Assembly (NCBI GenBank): GCA_027310745.1
Contig: DAIDAF010000013.1
Span: 36,460 to 100,459, forward strand
Direction: 5' to 3'
From: Opitutaceae bacterium
GTDB lineage: Bacteria; Verrucomicrobiota; Verrucomicrobiia; Opitutales; Opitutaceae
DNA length: 64,000 bases
In this document: piece by piece, positions 62,760-64,000 of the stretch
Numbering within the stretch: the stretch's first letter is position 1
How the letters are laid out: every line of letters begins with the position of its first letter
Position numbers and translations under genes: made by a program
Notes under the pieces: generated by a model
The model's database searches: none
What the model saw: only the letters and a program-made list of their open reading frames with translations
Told to the model about the DNA's origin: nothing

Positions 62760-63791
62760 CTACTTGATCGCTTCGCGAAGGTAGGCGGAGGCGCTGTCCA
62801 TCAGCCAGACGACGATGGCAATGACCACGATGATGCAGCCGACCTCGTGCCAGAGGGCCTCGCCCTGATATTCATTGAGCAGGGTGCCGATGCCGCCGCC
62901 GCCCACGAGGCCGACGATCGTGGCCATGCGGACGTTGATGTCCCAGCGGTAGATCGTGAACGACGTGTACGGGAGGATGATCTGCGGCACGATTCCGAAC
63001 CAGAGCTCCTGCACGAGCGAGGCACCCGTCGACTGGATGCCTTCGACGGGGCCGTGCGAGACGCACTCGATGATCTCGGAGTATTGCTTCGTGAGGGAGG
63101 CGACCGAGTGGACGAACAGGGCGAGCATTCCGGCAAAGGGGCCGATGCCGACCCAGACGCCGAAGATGATCGCCCAGACGAGGGCCTCGACGGAGCGGGT
63201 GACGTTGAGGATCAGGCGCAGCACGCTGTAAAGTGCGAGGCCGGCCCGGGAGCGACTCGCGATGTTTTTCGCGGCGGGGAAACTGAGCAGGAAGGAGACG
63301 GGGATCGCGAAGACGGTCGCGAGAAACGCCATGTAGATCGTCTGGAGCGTCGCGAGGATGGCGTCGGGCAGGACCTTCCAGTTCGGGGTCGCGAGTGCGA
63401 GCCCGAGGCGCTTGGCGCCGCCGAGCCCGTCGGCGTCGAGCATGTCGCGGAGGCTGAGCTGGGTCATGACCCCGCCGACGTAGCAGGTGAGACCGAAGAG
63501 GAGGATGAAGTGGATGACGGCGAGGTTTCGGTACCAGGGCGGCGGAGGGGCGGGATCGCGGACAGGGCCCGCGAAGATGGCGGAGCCGAGCGTGCGTGCC
63601 TTGAAGCGGTGGAATGGATACGCGGCGAGTCCCCCGAGGGCGAGCAGGCCGGCGACGAGGCCGAAGCCCCTGGCGGCGGACTGGAAGAAGTGCTGGAACT
63701 CGCGGGCGGTCGGGTGGAGGGCGGCGGCGAGCGCGAGCGCGGCGAAGTAGGCGAGGGACAGGGCGTCGAAGACGAGGGCCTTGGTTTTCAT
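62760..63791 (-). CDS. phnE: Phosphonate ABC transporter permease PhnE
   Basis: ORF trimmed to the ATG at 63791. The C-terminal half (EIIECVSHGPVEGIQSTGAS...YRWDINVRMATIVGLVGGGGIG) matches the PhnE signature. Confidence 0.85.
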   Translation of the reverse strand: MKTKALVFDALSLAYFAALALAAALHPTAREFQHFFQSAARGFGLVAGLLALGGLAAYPFHRFKARTLGSAIFAGPVRDPAPPPPWYRNLAVIHFILLFGLTCYVGGVMTQLSLRDMLDADGLGGAKRLGLALATPNWKVLPDAILATLQTIYMAFLATVFAIPVSFLLSFPAAKNIASRSRAGLALYSVLRLILNVTRSVEALVWAIIFGVWVGIGPFAGMLALFVHSVASLTKQYSEIIECVSHGPVEGIQSTGASLVQELWFGIVPQIILPYTSFTIYRWDINVRMATIVGLVGGGGIGTLLNEYQGEALWHEVGCIIVVIAIVVWLMDSASAYLREAIK

Positions 63792-63804
63792 CGCGGACGT
63801 GGGT

Positions 63805-64000
63805 TCAGCGGATGTGCATTTCCCGGGCACCCTCGCCGTAGATTCGGGCGAACCAGGCGTCGTCGATTTCCGAGGGCGAACCGGCGAACACGATCTCGCC
63901 GCCCTTCAGCGCGATGACGCGCGTGCCGTACTCGCGGACGAGGCTCAGGAAGTGCAGGTTGCAGAGTATCGTGATGCCGAGCTCGGTATTCACTTTCCGG
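63805..64000 (-). CDS. phnC: Phosphonate ABC transporter ATP-binding protein PhnC, C-terminal part (5' end beyond the window)
   Basis: The frame stays open to the window edge. GITILCNLHFLSLVREYGTRVIALKGGEIVFAGSPSEI matches the PhnC C-terminus. Confidence 0.8.
   Translation of the reverse strand, partial: RKVNTELGITILCNLHFLSLVREYGTRVIALKGGEIVFAGSPSEIDDAWFARIYGEGAREMHIR

Overview
This is a high-GC bacterial chromosomal segment. I found no rRNA, tRNA, CRISPR array, transposase or integrase.

Positions 1-23443 form one minus-strand glycan / LPS O-antigen-type locus of 22 ORFs:
- an AsnB-type amidotransferase
- 5 GT4, 3 GT2, 1 GT9 and 1 possible GT-A glycosyltransferase
- a Wzm/Wzt ABC exporter and a SAM methyltransferase
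- two ADP-heptose genes
- 2 hexapeptide acyltransferases and a PIG-L deacetylase
- a WaaL/Wzy_C-like protein and two uncharacterised polytopic membrane proteins

Many of these genes are joined by ATGA, TGATG or GTGA start/stop overlaps.

The remaining ~40 kb mixes housekeeping genes with homeostasis modules.
- Housekeeping: typA, rlmI, rsmB, maf, an RluA-family synthase, lptF/G, a long GreA and pepP-like.
- Phosphate: a porin O/P-like gene, phoU, a REC-only regulator and phnCE.
- Metals: a P1B-4-type ATPase and a CopA that lacks a metal-binding domain.
- Sulfur: an Rrf2 regulator, a sulfonate-type ABC transporter and cysK.
- A putative NO/O2-stress operon: cupin, double DUF2249, an NnrS-like membrane protein and DUF59.

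The most unusual signals are non-coding:
- Two ~150-bp inverted-repeat elements sit in convergent intergenic spacers and share the core CTCACC-N5-GGTGAA.
- An identical TTCCA-N5-TGGAA dyad occurs in two nearby promoter regions.
- A perfect 19-bp palindrome abuts the copA start codon.

The taxonomic guess (PVC / Verrucomicrobia-like) rests on the ~600-aa GreA and is inference only. Many long ORFs in the track are GC-driven antisense artefacts. No database search was possible, so all family calls come from motif recognition in the translations.
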